From: an uncultured Candidatus Saccharibacteria bacterium
Lineage (GTDB): Bacteria > Patescibacteriota > Minisyncoccia > Phycocordibacterales > PALSA-1337
DNA length: 54,707 bases
Direction: 5' to 3'
NCBI GenBank assembly: GCA_964357605.1
Contig: CAYHLX010000006.1
Span: 1-54,707, forward strand
A program made the position numbers and the translations under genes. Each line of letters opens with the position of its first letter. Within the stretch, counting starts at the first letter, position 1. Positions 19,999-29,432 of this stretch are shown in pieces. The notes beneath the pieces are model-generated. The model did no database searches, was not told the origin of the DNA, and worked only from the letters and a program-made list of their open reading frames with translations.

Positions 19999-20696
19999 AA
20001 CTATACTTTTTATTTCCTTTAATCTTACAAAAACTCATTTGGATTCCTACCCGCTTAATCCTTATTATTTTTGGACGTATCAAAATACGTGGACTAGAAT
20101 ATCTCAATGAGATACCCGGCAATATAATTTTTGCTTGTAATCATGCAAGTGAGATCGATCCATTTATTATTCCAGCCTCTCTACCATTCTGTTCTCGTTT
20201 TTCACCGCTTTTTTATGCCACACGTGAAAGATCATTTTATGATAGAAATGGTTGGCGCAAGTATCTCTTTGGGGGTTTATTCATAAATGCTTGGGGAGGA
20301 TATACAGCCATTGTTGGTCTGAACGACTATGAGAAATCATTAGTTAACCATATTACTATTGCACGTGATGGAGGTAGTTTTTGTATCTACCCTGAAGGTG
20401 GAATTACTAGTACCGGAAGACTACAACCAGCTAAGGGTGGTTTAGCATATTTGGCCGAGCGTGGTGATTGTATTATTATTCCAGTTGGTGTCTCTGGAAC
20501 ATTTCGTACACACTTTTCTGATTTCTTCCTAGGCAAGAGACATATTATTGTTAATTTCGGTAAGCCGATTACTCAGCAAGAATTACGTTCCCAAGTTATA
20601 CGTACACCAGAACTCGGCCTCCATGCTTATAAATTAGAAGCTGAATATGTTATGAGCAGGGTGGGGGAATTGTTGGAGCAGATACCTAGAAAGTAA
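19995..20696 (+). CDS. Lysophospholipid/1-acylglycerol-3-phosphate acyltransferase family (PlsC-like)
   Basis: NHASEID (HxxxxD), IYPEGG, KGGLAYLA; ATGA overlap with valS stop. Confidence 0.88.
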   Translation: MKLYFLFPLILQKLIWIPTRLILIIFGRIKIRGLEYLNEIPGNIIFACNHASEIDPFIIPASLPFCSRFSPLFYATRERSFYDRNGWRKYLFGGLFINAWGGYTAIVGLNDYEKSLVNHITIARDGGSFCIYPEGGITSTGRLQPAKGGLAYLAERGDCIIIPVGVSGTFRTHFSDFFLGKRHIIVNFGKPITQQELRSQVIRTPELGLHAYKLEAEYVMSRVGELLEQIPRK

Positions 20697-20738
20697 GAAA
20701 GATTTGAAGAATTACAGAAACATGCAATTTCGAAAGTT

Positions 20739-21665
20739 TTATTTTTTCAATTCTGTGATTTCCAAATAAGCACTAGATAGATCAGAAGTTAATTTGTCAA
20801 TCTTTTTATCCTGCTGCATACTATGAAGAATACTCCGTATTAGTAAAATTCCGAGAATTATAGTGACGAATAATGCACTTATACTAAATACTAATGTTTC
20901 ATAATATTTATTTGTAAGTAATATATTAGTTAGTATTAAAGCCCATAAAATAAAAATTACAATTTCTGCAGCTATGATTTTTATGTTAAAGAAATTGTAC
21001 TCAGTTATAGAATATGTTACAAAGATTAAAAATAATAAGAATCCAATATTATCAATACCTAAAAATAAGAAAATAGAAAAATGAGGAAGAATAAAACTAC
21101 TAAAGGCACTTATTGTTAAACTAGAAATCATGCCAATTAAAATGTATTTCAATTGATTTGCCTGATCTTTGTTGGTAGCCTTTCTTTTTGAATCTAATAT
21201 AATCCATAGCATGAAAAAAGCAGTAATTAAGTAGTAAATTGTATACATAGTTAAGCCTAATCCGTGTCCACCTAAGAAAATTCCACCCGGAAGAATTGTA
21301 TTATTATTAAGAATTATAAAATTTGTACAGTATGAACCTACAAAGAAAAATAAAGATATAGGTGCCAATAACAGAAATATTTTCTTACTGTATTGATTTT
21401 TTGTGATCACAAGAGCCCAAATTAAACCTAAGAATATTACTATTGAACCAAAGGCGTAAGTGCTTTTTAACCATAGAACCTCGGAAGATATTCCTGCCAT
21501 ATAACTTGCAAATGTCCATATTGCAGCAAACAATCCAATCAAAGAAAAGATTTGGTTAGGTAAACATCTTGGGTTTTGCATTAATACAAAAGTTCCTAGA
21601 GATATGTTAAAGAAGATAACTAGAATTAAAATCGTACCCATAGTCATTTGTAATGATTTTACCAT
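20739..21665 (-). CDS. Multi-TM sensor-like protein (histidine kinase N-terminal 7TM type) lacking a kinase domain
   Basis: Hydrophobic throughout; C-terminus parallels the sensor of the 23191 kinase but stops before the H-box. Confidence 0.75.
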   Translation of the reverse strand: MVKSLQMTMGTILILVIFFNISLGTFVLMQNPRCLPNQIFSLIGLFAAIWTFASYMAGISSEVLWLKSTYAFGSIVIFLGLIWALVITKNQYSKKIFLLLAPISLFFFVGSYCTNFIILNNNTILPGGIFLGGHGLGLTMYTIYYLITAFFMLWIILDSKRKATNKDQANQLKYILIGMISSLTISAFSSFILPHFSIFLFLGIDNIGFLLFLIFVTYSITEYNFFNIKIIAAEIVIFILWALILTNILLTNKYYETLVFSISALFVTIILGILLIRSILHSMQQDKKIDKLTSDLSSAYLEITELKK

Positions 21666-21721
21666 AATTTTTAGCTATAAATATGAGGGTTTTATATGGT
21701 ATAATTACTTATAATAAAAAC

Positions 21722-22504
21722 ATGTCTCACCACAGCTTTGATTTTAAAGGTAGAAAATTCGATTTAGTTTTAGAAAAATATATAGATCTAAAAGAAATCA
21801 ATCCCCATACAAAAAAAGAAATTAGTCAAGATATACATAGACTTCTTGCTAATTGTTGGGGTAGTTTTCCTGAGGACTTTGTCGAGCAACATATATTTTT
21901 TGGAGATAAAATGATTGTTGCTATAATTAATGGCAAATGTATCGGTCTTTGTGTCATGAGTATTAAGGAGGTTTTTGGTTTGAAAATTCACTATATAGAA
22001 TTTTTACTTGTAGATAAGGATTTTCAACAAGGAGGACTTGGTTCCTTCTTGTCATTTAAGATCCTTAAAGATGAATTAGTTAATAACTTCGCATATTTAT
22101 TACTTGGTAAATCTCTGGAAATATTTTTTATTACTCCCAATATTAGAGTTTTAAGTCACGCCACAAAATTTGCTAGTTTTGTGTACCCTAATCCATATCT
22201 AGCTAATAATGATGGTCAAGTAGAATTGGCTGATCAGCAGACTTGGGAAATTGCCTTGGAATTACTTAAAAGGAGTGATAATCCATACAGAGATCTCAAT
22301 AGAGAGGGACTGGTTCTTACGGGGTCATATTCCAATACTCCATGGTTAATATATAATAATGATAATGCCCCATGGCATAGTAATGATAAAATAAATCTTT
22401 TTGCAAAGAGATATTTGGGCTATCATTCCGGTCAAGATAAAGAGCTTATGGTCAGATTAAACATAAATCTATTTTCCGTAATTAAATATTTATTTAAAAA
22501 ATAA
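21722..22504 (+). CDS. GNAT-fold acyltransferase-like protein
   Basis: YIEFLLVDKDFQQGGLGSFL is GNAT motif A (QxxGxG); ATG 21722 is 6 nt after TATAAT. Confidence 0.7.
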   Translation: MSHHSFDFKGRKFDLVLEKYIDLKEINPHTKKEISQDIHRLLANCWGSFPEDFVEQHIFFGDKMIVAIINGKCIGLCVMSIKEVFGLKIHYIEFLLVDKDFQQGGLGSFLSFKILKDELVNNFAYLLLGKSLEIFFITPNIRVLSHATKFASFVYPNPYLANNDGQVELADQQTWEIALELLKRSDNPYRDLNREGLVLTGSYSNTPWLIYNNDNAPWHSNDKINLFAKRYLGYHSGQDKELMVRLNINLFSVIKYLFKK

Positions 22505-22505
22505 T

Positions 22506-23186
22506 ATGTTACTTAATATTATAATTATAATAGTCTTAATTTTTTTAATTACATATTGTTTTTGGAAATTCTTCTTTTTTTACCGTGATCCAGAAAGGAA
22601 TATCCCTGTAGGAGAAAATATTGTTTCTCCAGCAGATGGCACTATAGTCTATATAAAGAAAATTGAAGGTAATATTGTACCTATTTCAATCAAAAATAAA
22701 AAGATTATTAAACTGGAAGAAATTTTTAAATATAATCCTAATACGTCACAATTTTCGTACCTAGTCGGTATTTTTATGCACCCTACTAGCGTTCATGTCA
22801 ATCGTGCTCCAATTTCCGGTACGATTGAAAAGATTGTATATACTAAAGGCAAGAATTTACCAATGACTTTTATGTGGTGGAGGGTATTATTGAGGATTAA
22901 ACCATATGAGTTATATAGTAATCATATTCTTCAGAACGAGAGAAATACTATTTTATTTAGGGGAAGTATCTCTGTTTTTATTGTTCAAATCGCTGATATT
23001 TATGTAAATAAAATAGAATGTTGGGTAAAAGAATTGCAGCAGGTGATAAAAGGAGAGCGTGTTGGAATGATAAAAATGGGTTCTCAGGTTGACTTACTAT
23101 TTCCATCTTTATCGATATCTAATATTGCCGTTGAGGTTGGTCAAAAAGTGAAAGCAGGTGAGACGATCATAGCACACATAAAGTAA
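22506..23186 (+). CDS. psd: Phosphatidylserine decarboxylase family proenzyme
   Basis: FFYRDPER, VSPADG, VHVNRAP, NERN, GMIKMGSQVDL (GS autocleavage site). Confidence 0.9.
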   Translation: MLLNIIIIIVLIFLITYCFWKFFFFYRDPERNIPVGENIVSPADGTIVYIKKIEGNIVPISIKNKKIIKLEEIFKYNPNTSQFSYLVGIFMHPTSVHVNRAPISGTIEKIVYTKGKNLPMTFMWWRVLLRIKPYELYSNHILQNERNTILFRGSISVFIVQIADIYVNKIECWVKELQQVIKGERVGMIKMGSQVDLLFPSLSISNIAVEVGQKVKAGETIIAHIK

Positions 23187-23190
23187 ATAT

Positions 23191-24813
23191 ATGAATTTAA
23201 ATATAATAGTTTCGATACTTACACTTTCCCTAACATTTCTTTTGAGTATTGTTGTATTACTTGAAGATCATAAGAATAAAACCAATAGATACTTTTTCCT
23301 GTTAGGTTTTTCAATCGTCTTATGGATACTAAATAATATTTTGGCCGATATTGTACATGGGTATAGTTCAGCGCTTTTTTGGGCTAGGCTAGCAATAATT
23401 TGGGTAGCCTTACTACCAGTGTTATTTAATGGACTTATAACTGAGCTTTATTTTTCTCAAGATAAGCTTTATGAAAAAAAGTACAAATTAATACGCTACT
23501 TATCAATTATAATTGTTGGGATAATTGTATTGTTTAGCCAATCTCACTTTAATATAGATTCTATTACTTTACAGCAGAGTGGGATTGATTATCAACCCGG
23601 ATTACTTTATTACCTTTTATTTTTTCAGCTTCTAATAGGTTTTGGTTTTGGTTTATTCTATCTTTTTAAAATCTTTCATTTATCTAGAGACTCAAAAAGG
23701 TCACAATCTGGTTTTATCATAGCAGGGTCTCTAGTGACGGTTTTTCTTGGAATCGTTACCAATATTATTTTTCCTTTACTTGGCTACAGCTATCTTAATG
23801 TTATTGGTCCGCCGAGCGTTCTATTTTTTGTTGGTTTTACTGCAATTGCCGTTCTTAAGCATCATTTATTTAATGTAAAAGTTATCGCTACAGAATTGCT
23901 TGTTTTTTCCTTATGGCTCATTATTCTATGGCGTACTTTGGTTTCAATAAATCTACAAGAAGTGTCAATTAATGGGGGACTACTGATCCTCACTGTTATT
24001 ATCGGCATCTTCCTCATCCGATCCGTCGTGAAGGAAGTTAAACAGCGCGAAAAGATTCAACTTCTCGCTACTGACTTGCAGAAGGCAAATGACCGTCTGA
24101 CGGAACTTGATAAGCAGAAATCTGAATTCGTTTCTTTTGCTACGCATCAACTTCGTGCGCCACTGACAGCTATGAAAGGATATGCCTCACTCATTCTAGA
24201 AGGTGATTTAGGAAAACTATCCAAACAGATCCGAGATGCCATCACCCGTATTTATGATTCATCTAATACTTTGACAAATATTGTGGATGATTATTTAAAT
24301 ATTTCACGTATTGAACTAGGCACCATGAAATACTTATTTGAGGATGTTGACCTAAAAGATCTAGTAAAAAATGTTATAGCTGAATTAAAACCAAGTATAG
24401 AAAAAAGTAAATTAGCTTTTTCTTTCAATGCTGATCAGAATAAAAAATTTGTGGTTCGAGCAGATAAAGATAAATTCAAGCAAATAATTTCCAACCTAAT
24501 TGATAATTCTATGAAATACACTCCATCAGGTGCAGTCACGGTGTCTCTGGAGAAAAAGCCAGAGAATGGTGAAAACAAAATTGTCTTTTCTGTAAAAGAT
24601 ACCGGTATTGGTATCGATCCTCTAGTAATGCCAAAGCTTTTTGCCAAGTTTTCTCGTGCCGAAAATGGCAATAGACAGAATATCCATGGTACCGGTCTCG
24701 GACTCTTTGTGGCGAAGGAAATCGTTTCATCACATAAAGGGAAAATCTGGGCTGAATCAAAAGGAGAAGGGAAGGGTTCCGCTTTCTTTGTCGAACTAGA
24801 AGAAGTTATCTAA
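23191..24813 (+). CDS. Membrane sensor histidine kinase with 7TM-type N-terminal domain
   Basis: H-box ATHQLRAPLT, N-box NLIDNSMKY, DTGIG, GTGLGL. Confidence 0.93.
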   Translation: MNLNIIVSILTLSLTFLLSIVVLLEDHKNKTNRYFFLLGFSIVLWILNNILADIVHGYSSALFWARLAIIWVALLPVLFNGLITELYFSQDKLYEKKYKLIRYLSIIIVGIIVLFSQSHFNIDSITLQQSGIDYQPGLLYYLLFFQLLIGFGFGLFYLFKIFHLSRDSKRSQSGFIIAGSLVTVFLGIVTNIIFPLLGYSYLNVIGPPSVLFFVGFTAIAVLKHHLFNVKVIATELLVFSLWLIILWRTLVSINLQEVSINGGLLILTVIIGIFLIRSVVKEVKQREKIQLLATDLQKANDRLTELDKQKSEFVSFATHQLRAPLTAMKGYASLILEGDLGKLSKQIRDAITRIYDSSNTLTNIVDDYLNISRIELGTMKYLFEDVDLKDLVKNVIAELKPSIEKSKLAFSFNADQNKKFVVRADKDKFKQIISNLIDNSMKYTPSGAVTVSLEKKPENGENKIVFSVKDTGIGIDPLVMPKLFAKFSRAENGNRQNIHGTGLGLFVAKEIVSSHKGKIWAESKGEGKGSAFFVELEEVI

Positions 24814-24866
24814 AAGACGATGCCCCAACTTTTGGTCGGAGCATGTTCGTAAAGGTCAGTGGATTT

Positions 24867-25049
24867 CTATAAAAGCCAAAACTGGATGGTCTGAGGCTTT
24901 TTGGGAATAGGTTTCTCAGAAACCACATCCCTCAGCTCTTGTCTGAGCACCTTAAGCCTTTCCTTCTTGGCTTTGACGATGTCCTTCGTCAAGGGGACCC
25001 CACCATCAAACGGCGATGGCTCAGTCCAATCGATTTCAATTTTTCTCAT
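24867..25049 (-). CDS. Hypothetical 60-aa protein
   Basis: Fills the intergenic gap; TGaTATATT 9 nt before ATG. Confidence 0.5.
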   Translation of the reverse strand: MRKIEIDWTEPSPFDGGVPLTKDIVKAKKERLKVLRQELRDVVSEKPIPKKPQTIQFWLL

Positions 25050-25067
25050 ACTGCCACTAATATATCA

Positions 25068-25520
25068 CTATTTGACTAGTTCGTCAAGCACCACTTTGAC
25101 ATCTTCTCCCTCGGCTTTACCTTTCAATTCCTTCATTATCGTGCCCATAAATTGCCCCATCTTCTTGGGATCTATTGGACCCTCTTTTTTGAGTTTCTTT
25201 TCTACAATTTTCTTGATTTCCTCTCTGCTCATAGAAGCGGGTAGAAATTCATTGAGAACGGCCATTTCTTTCTTTTCTTTTGTCGCTAGATCTTTTCTTC
25301 CACCTTTTTCAAATTGTTCGATAGAATCCTTTCTTTGCTTTACGCCTTTCTTGATAATCGTGAGGACATCTTCATCCTTAAGAAGAGGTGCTGAACTTTT
25401 CTTAGCAATAAGTTCGTTGGAGAAGGCGGCTTGTAAACCACGCAGAACCTCTAGACGAAGTACGTCGTGAGCCCTCATAGCATCTTTAATTTGTTCCTTG
25501 ATATTTTCATGTATTGTCAT
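25068..25520 (-). CDS. GatB/YqeY domain protein
   Basis: IKDAMRA, VKQRKDSIEQFEKGGRKDLA, MGQFMG. Confidence 0.92.
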   Translation of the reverse strand: MTIHENIKEQIKDAMRAHDVLRLEVLRGLQAAFSNELIAKKSSAPLLKDEDVLTIIKKGVKQRKDSIEQFEKGGRKDLATKEKKEMAVLNEFLPASMSREEIKKIVEKKLKKEGPIDPKKMGQFMGTIMKELKGKAEGEDVKVVLDELVK

Positions 25521-25541
25521 AATGCTGATATAATATCATAT

Positions 25542-26582
25542 ATGGAAATGCTTATCATCATTCTGATTATCCTGGTGGTCGTGGCTATTGTTGTGATGAT
25601 GATTTTTTTATTCAGAAAGCCCTCTACAGTCCAAAGCGATGCTGTCGGCCTCAAACTTATCCTAGAGCAGTTAAATGAGATGAATCGTACCGTTGATGCC
25701 AAAATAGGGGAAAGCTCAAAAAATGTCCAATTTCAAATCTCCGAATCTTCCAAGCTTATTAGAGAGGTGACCCAAGGATTGACCAAGCTAGATGAGACCA
25801 ATAAACAAGTCGTGTCTTTTGCTGACCAACTACAGAGTCTTCAAGAGATTTTGAAGAACCCCAAACAAAGAGGGATTTTAGGAGAATATTATCTAGAAAC
25901 TCTTTTAAAAAATATTCTCGCTCCTGGACAGTACAAAATGCAATACGCTTTTGAAAATGGCGAAATCGTGGATGCCGCTGTTTTTGTGAAGGATAAAATC
26001 ATTCCAATTGATTCCAAATTTTCCTTAGAAAATTACAATAAAATTTCTGAAGAAAGAAATCCAGCTGAAAAAGAAAAATTAGAAAAAATTTTTGTTAGCG
26101 ACCTCAAAAATCGTATCCAAGAAACCGCCAAATATGTAAGACCCGGGGAAGGGACAATGGATTTTGCTTTTATGTTCATTCCTCATGAGGCAATCTACTA
26201 TGATCTTTTGATCAATAAAATCGGAGCGGTTACGGAAGAGACCGATAATCTCATTCAGAGGGCCGCTAGCAAATACAAGGTCATTATTGTCTCGCCTACG
26301 TCCTTTCTAGCCTACCTACAAACCGTTTTACAGGGTTTAAAGGCCCTTCAGATAGAGGAGACGGCCAAAGATATCATAAAGAGGGTGGGAGAGCTTGGAG
26401 TGCATTTAAAAAAGTATGAGGATTACCACTCGAAACTCGGTGTATCTCTAGGGACGGTGGTAAATCATTACAATAGTTCCGGTAAGGAATTAAAGAAGGT
26501 GGATAAGGACGTTTTGAGGATTACGGGGGATTCTCCGGGCCTAGAAACCCCTCTTATTGACCGTCCAGACGAGATAGTGTAA
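25542..26582 (+). CDS. rmuC: DNA recombination protein RmuC
   Basis: N-terminal TM, NPKQRGILGE, PIDSKF, DFAFMFIPHE, VSPTSF. Confidence 0.92.
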   Translation: MEMLIIILIILVVVAIVVMMIFLFRKPSTVQSDAVGLKLILEQLNEMNRTVDAKIGESSKNVQFQISESSKLIREVTQGLTKLDETNKQVVSFADQLQSLQEILKNPKQRGILGEYYLETLLKNILAPGQYKMQYAFENGEIVDAAVFVKDKIIPIDSKFSLENYNKISEERNPAEKEKLEKIFVSDLKNRIQETAKYVRPGEGTMDFAFMFIPHEAIYYDLLINKIGAVTEETDNLIQRAASKYKVIIVSPTSFLAYLQTVLQGLKALQIEETAKDIIKRVGELGVHLKKYEDYHSKLGVSLGTVVNHYNSSGKELKKVDKDVLRITGDSPGLETPLIDRPDEIV

Positions 26583-26594
26583 TATGGAAAACCT

Positions 26595-26912
26595 ATGGAA
26601 TATGCCGTAATACAAACAGGAGGCAAGCAATACAAGGTCTCTGCGGGAGATGTGGTGGAGATTGAAAAGCTTGCTGGGGATCATAAAGAAGGCGATAAAA
26701 TCGTCTTTGATAAGGTTCTCTTGGTTGATAATGGCACAGATACTACTATCGGTACTCCTTTTATTGAAAAGGCTAAGGTTACGGCGACTATTACTAAAAT
26801 TGGCCGTGCTCCAAAGGTGACAGTGATAAAATACAAGCAAAAGAGTCGTTATTTCAAGAAAAACGGCCATCGCCAACCATTCTTTGAGGTGAAGATTGAA
26901 GGGGTGAAGTAA
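26595..26912 (+). CDS. rplU: 50S ribosomal protein L21
   Basis: YAVIQTGGKQYKV, GHRQPF. Confidence 0.97.
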   Translation: MEYAVIQTGGKQYKVSAGDVVEIEKLAGDHKEGDKIVFDKVLLVDNGTDTTIGTPFIEKAKVTATITKIGRAPKVTVIKYKQKSRYFKKNGHRQPFFEVKIEGVK

Positions 26913-26961
26913 GTAGGTTGGGAAATATCTTATTGTGGTATAATTATGATGATAAATTGTC

Positions 26962-27144
26962 ATGAATATTTTTAATAAAACAATCAGAGCAGAAAAAAAA
27001 TTTAAGAAGGTTGCAGAAGAGCAACTTGATGAAAACGTGGTAATTATGGAATCTCTTCGTGATTATGATGAAGGAAAAAAACACATTTCAACCTCTAAAC
27101 TTGAAACACGTCTGCCTAATATACGAGTTACTTCTGGAGCGTAA
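26962..27144 (+). CDS. Small protein, putative antitoxin partner of the downstream Doc/Fic gene
   Basis: 60 aa, directly upstream of and overlapping a Doc-like gene; TGGTATAAT promoter upstream. Confidence 0.5.
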   Translation: MNIFNKTIRAEKKFKKVAEEQLDENVVIMESLRDYDEGKKHISTSKLETRLPNIRVTSGA

Positions 27145-27475
27145 ACTTGTCTCTTTCCCACTTACACAAGAAGGAGAAAACAAGATACAATCTCTCGTTA
27201 GCAGTATAACTAGTATTTATTTTGGACAGGAAATATATAAAACAGCTGAAGAAAAAGCTGTAGCTTATCTGTACTTCTTAATCAAAGACCACCCTTTTAC
27301 TGATGGAAATAAAAGAACTGCCTGTCTGACTTTTGAGACGGTGTGTAAACTTAATGGTTTGCAAGCGGATTATAAAGATTACTCTCTAGATGTGGTAGCG
27401 ATATTTATTGAGAAAATTCAGGAACCAGATCATCAAATGGTGATAAAAATTATTTCAGATATGCTTTTTGAGTAA
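27065..27475 (+). CDS. Fic/Doc (death-on-curing) family protein
   Basis: HPFTDGNKRTA Fic motif of the Doc type; start uncertain (27059-27068). Confidence 0.88.
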   Translation: MMKEKNTFQPLNLKHVCLIYELLLERKLVSFPLTQEGENKIQSLVSSITSIYFGQEIYKTAEEKAVAYLYFLIKDHPFTDGNKRTACLTFETVCKLNGLQADYKDYSLDVVAIFIEKIQEPDHQMVIKIISDMLFE

Positions 27476-27546
27476 AGAGTCTATTGTTGATGGGGAACTA
27501 CCAAAGGGTGCTTTTACTCAATAAGTAAAAAGCGACTAAATTTTGG

Positions 27547-28824
27547 TCAAATTTTACTACTTCGCTGTTTTAGTATCTGCTCTTCTGGGCAGTACAGAGC
27601 GCGAATATCACCAGCCAAATAGAATGAACCAACCACAAGTAGGGCATCTTTCTTTCCCATGTTTTTCCTAGCTTTATTGAACGCTTGAATCGGATCATTG
27701 TGCAGATATATGCGCTCTAGAGAAAATCCTTTAGATTTAGCATAATCTACTATTAATTTCGGATTTACGCATTGTCTTACCGTGTTACTGAATTTTGTGA
27801 CATACAGAGTGTCTACTTTGGATAAGAGCATGTCCATGATAGATTGCCAATTTTTGTCTGATGAAATAGAGATCACTACAGAGAGTTTGTTATAAGAAAG
27901 TTTCTCTAAGTTTTGTATCGTCGTTTCTATTTTTGAAACATTATGTGCACCATCTATAATGACGAGAGGATTTTTCTCAACAATTTCAAATCTGGCGGGC
28001 AATGGTGACGGCTTTGATACTTCACCTATATTTAAATACTTACAAATTGTGTTAGCTAGAAGTTTATTTTTTTCTATGTAATCTAGACCGGCTACATTTA
28101 AGGCGTTATAGATAGCCCCAACTTTCGAACACTCATTTTTGAAAATAGATAACAAGACCCCATCTTCTTCTGTGGTAAAGAAATGACTACCTTTTTTAAT
28201 TATTCCGGCTTTATCATAGGCAATTTTTTCTGTTGTATTTCCAAGTACTTGAGTATGATCTAGACTGATATTTGTGATAGCTGTGACTAGAGGATTCTTG
28301 ATAATATTTGTGGCATCATAACGTCCACCAAGGCCCACTTCGAGAACAACATATTCACACTTTTCTTTTTTAAAATAAAGCAGGGCAATAGCTAAGATTA
28401 ATTCAAAATATGAAGGCATACCATGGCGGTCTGATACAGTAGATGTATCAATATGAGGTTTTAGATATTCCACTAAATCAGCAAAAACTGTTGGGTCAAT
28501 GTATTTATTTCCAACTACTATTTTTTCGATAGTACTGGTGACAAAAGGGGAGGTGAATAGGCCAGCTTTCTTCTTGTTTTTCACAAGCGCAGAATGAATA
28601 AGAGAAGAAACGCTACCTTTTCCGGAAGTTCCAGTGATATGAATATATTTAAAACTTTTTTCTGGATTACCAATTCTGTCTAAAAAATCCTGCATTCTCT
28701 CCAGGTACATTTCTGGGTGAGGGTGGGCCGTAAGGTTGGCTTTCTGATATGATCCAGCGATATTGTTGAGACTTTCCAAATAATGGACAGCCTTGTAGTA
28801 TTTTGAGTATTTTTCTGATTTCAT
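27547..28824 (-). CDS. folC: Folylpolyglutamate synthase/dihydrofolate synthase
   Basis: IHITGTSGKGS, EVGLGGRYDATN, IDGAHN, GSFYLAG. Confidence 0.92.
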   Translation of the reverse strand: MKSEKYSKYYKAVHYLESLNNIAGSYQKANLTAHPHPEMYLERMQDFLDRIGNPEKSFKYIHITGTSGKGSVSSLIHSALVKNKKKAGLFTSPFVTSTIEKIVVGNKYIDPTVFADLVEYLKPHIDTSTVSDRHGMPSYFELILAIALLYFKKEKCEYVVLEVGLGGRYDATNIIKNPLVTAITNISLDHTQVLGNTTEKIAYDKAGIIKKGSHFFTTEEDGVLLSIFKNECSKVGAIYNALNVAGLDYIEKNKLLANTICKYLNIGEVSKPSPLPARFEIVEKNPLVIIDGAHNVSKIETTIQNLEKLSYNKLSVVISISSDKNWQSIMDMLLSKVDTLYVTKFSNTVRQCVNPKLIVDYAKSKGFSLERIYLHNDPIQAFNKARKNMGKKDALLVVGSFYLAGDIRALYCPEEQILKQRSSKI

Positions 28825-28829
28825 TGGTT

Positions 28830-29432
28830 TTAGCTCCTATTCTTGAGCGCACTCTTGATCGTCTCTCCATCGGCATACTCCAACTCTGTGCCTGTGGAAA
28901 GTCCGCGACCAAGAACAGATATTTTGATCTCGCGATCTTTAAAATTCTCTTTTATATAATCTCTCAGAAAATCGGCTGTATGTTCTCCCTCGGCATTGGC
29001 ATTCAAGGAAAGAATAATTTCTTTAAATTGTCCCTTAGAGATTCTAGTATTCAATTCTTTCAATCGCACCCTTTTTTCTGGTTCTTTATCTAGGATTGGT
29101 ATCGTTCCGCCAAGAATCAAGTAAAAGCCATTATAGACTTTACTTTTCTCCACAGCTTCAAAGTCTACGTCTCTGGAAACTACCATGAGTTGATTCACAT
29201 CTCTATTTTTGTCGCTACAGATTGGGCAAGTATTACTTTTACCATCTGGGTAAAATCTCAAACATAAGGAACAGATTCGCACACTCTTTTTTATTTCCAA
29301 AATGAGTCTCGAAATTTCTTCTAGATGAGCCGAATTTCGAGTGAGGAGGTAATAGACAAAACGTTTGGCCTGTCTCGGCCCGATTCCTGGGAATTCTCCA
29401 AAATATTCTTTAAGTTTAGAAAGTGGATCCAT
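28830..29432 (-). CDS. recR: Recombination mediator RecR
   Basis: FPGIGPRQAKR, C4 zinc finger, Toprim domain, GTELEYAD. Confidence 0.94.
   Translation of the reverse strand: MDPLSKLKEYFGEFPGIGPRQAKRFVYYLLTRNSAHLEEISRLILEIKKSVRICSLCLRFYPDGKSNTCPICSDKNRDVNQLMVVSRDVDFEAVEKSKVYNGFYLILGGTIPILDKEPEKRVRLKELNTRISKGQFKEIILSLNANAEGEHTADFLRDYIKENFKDREIKISVLGRGLSTGTELEYADGETIKSALKNRS

Noticed and set aside
24901-25470. 189-aa plus-strand ORF and similar long antisense ORFs (e.g. 48598-49074, 29596-30006)
   Set aside because: Antisense shadows of well-supported genes with no recognisable motifs
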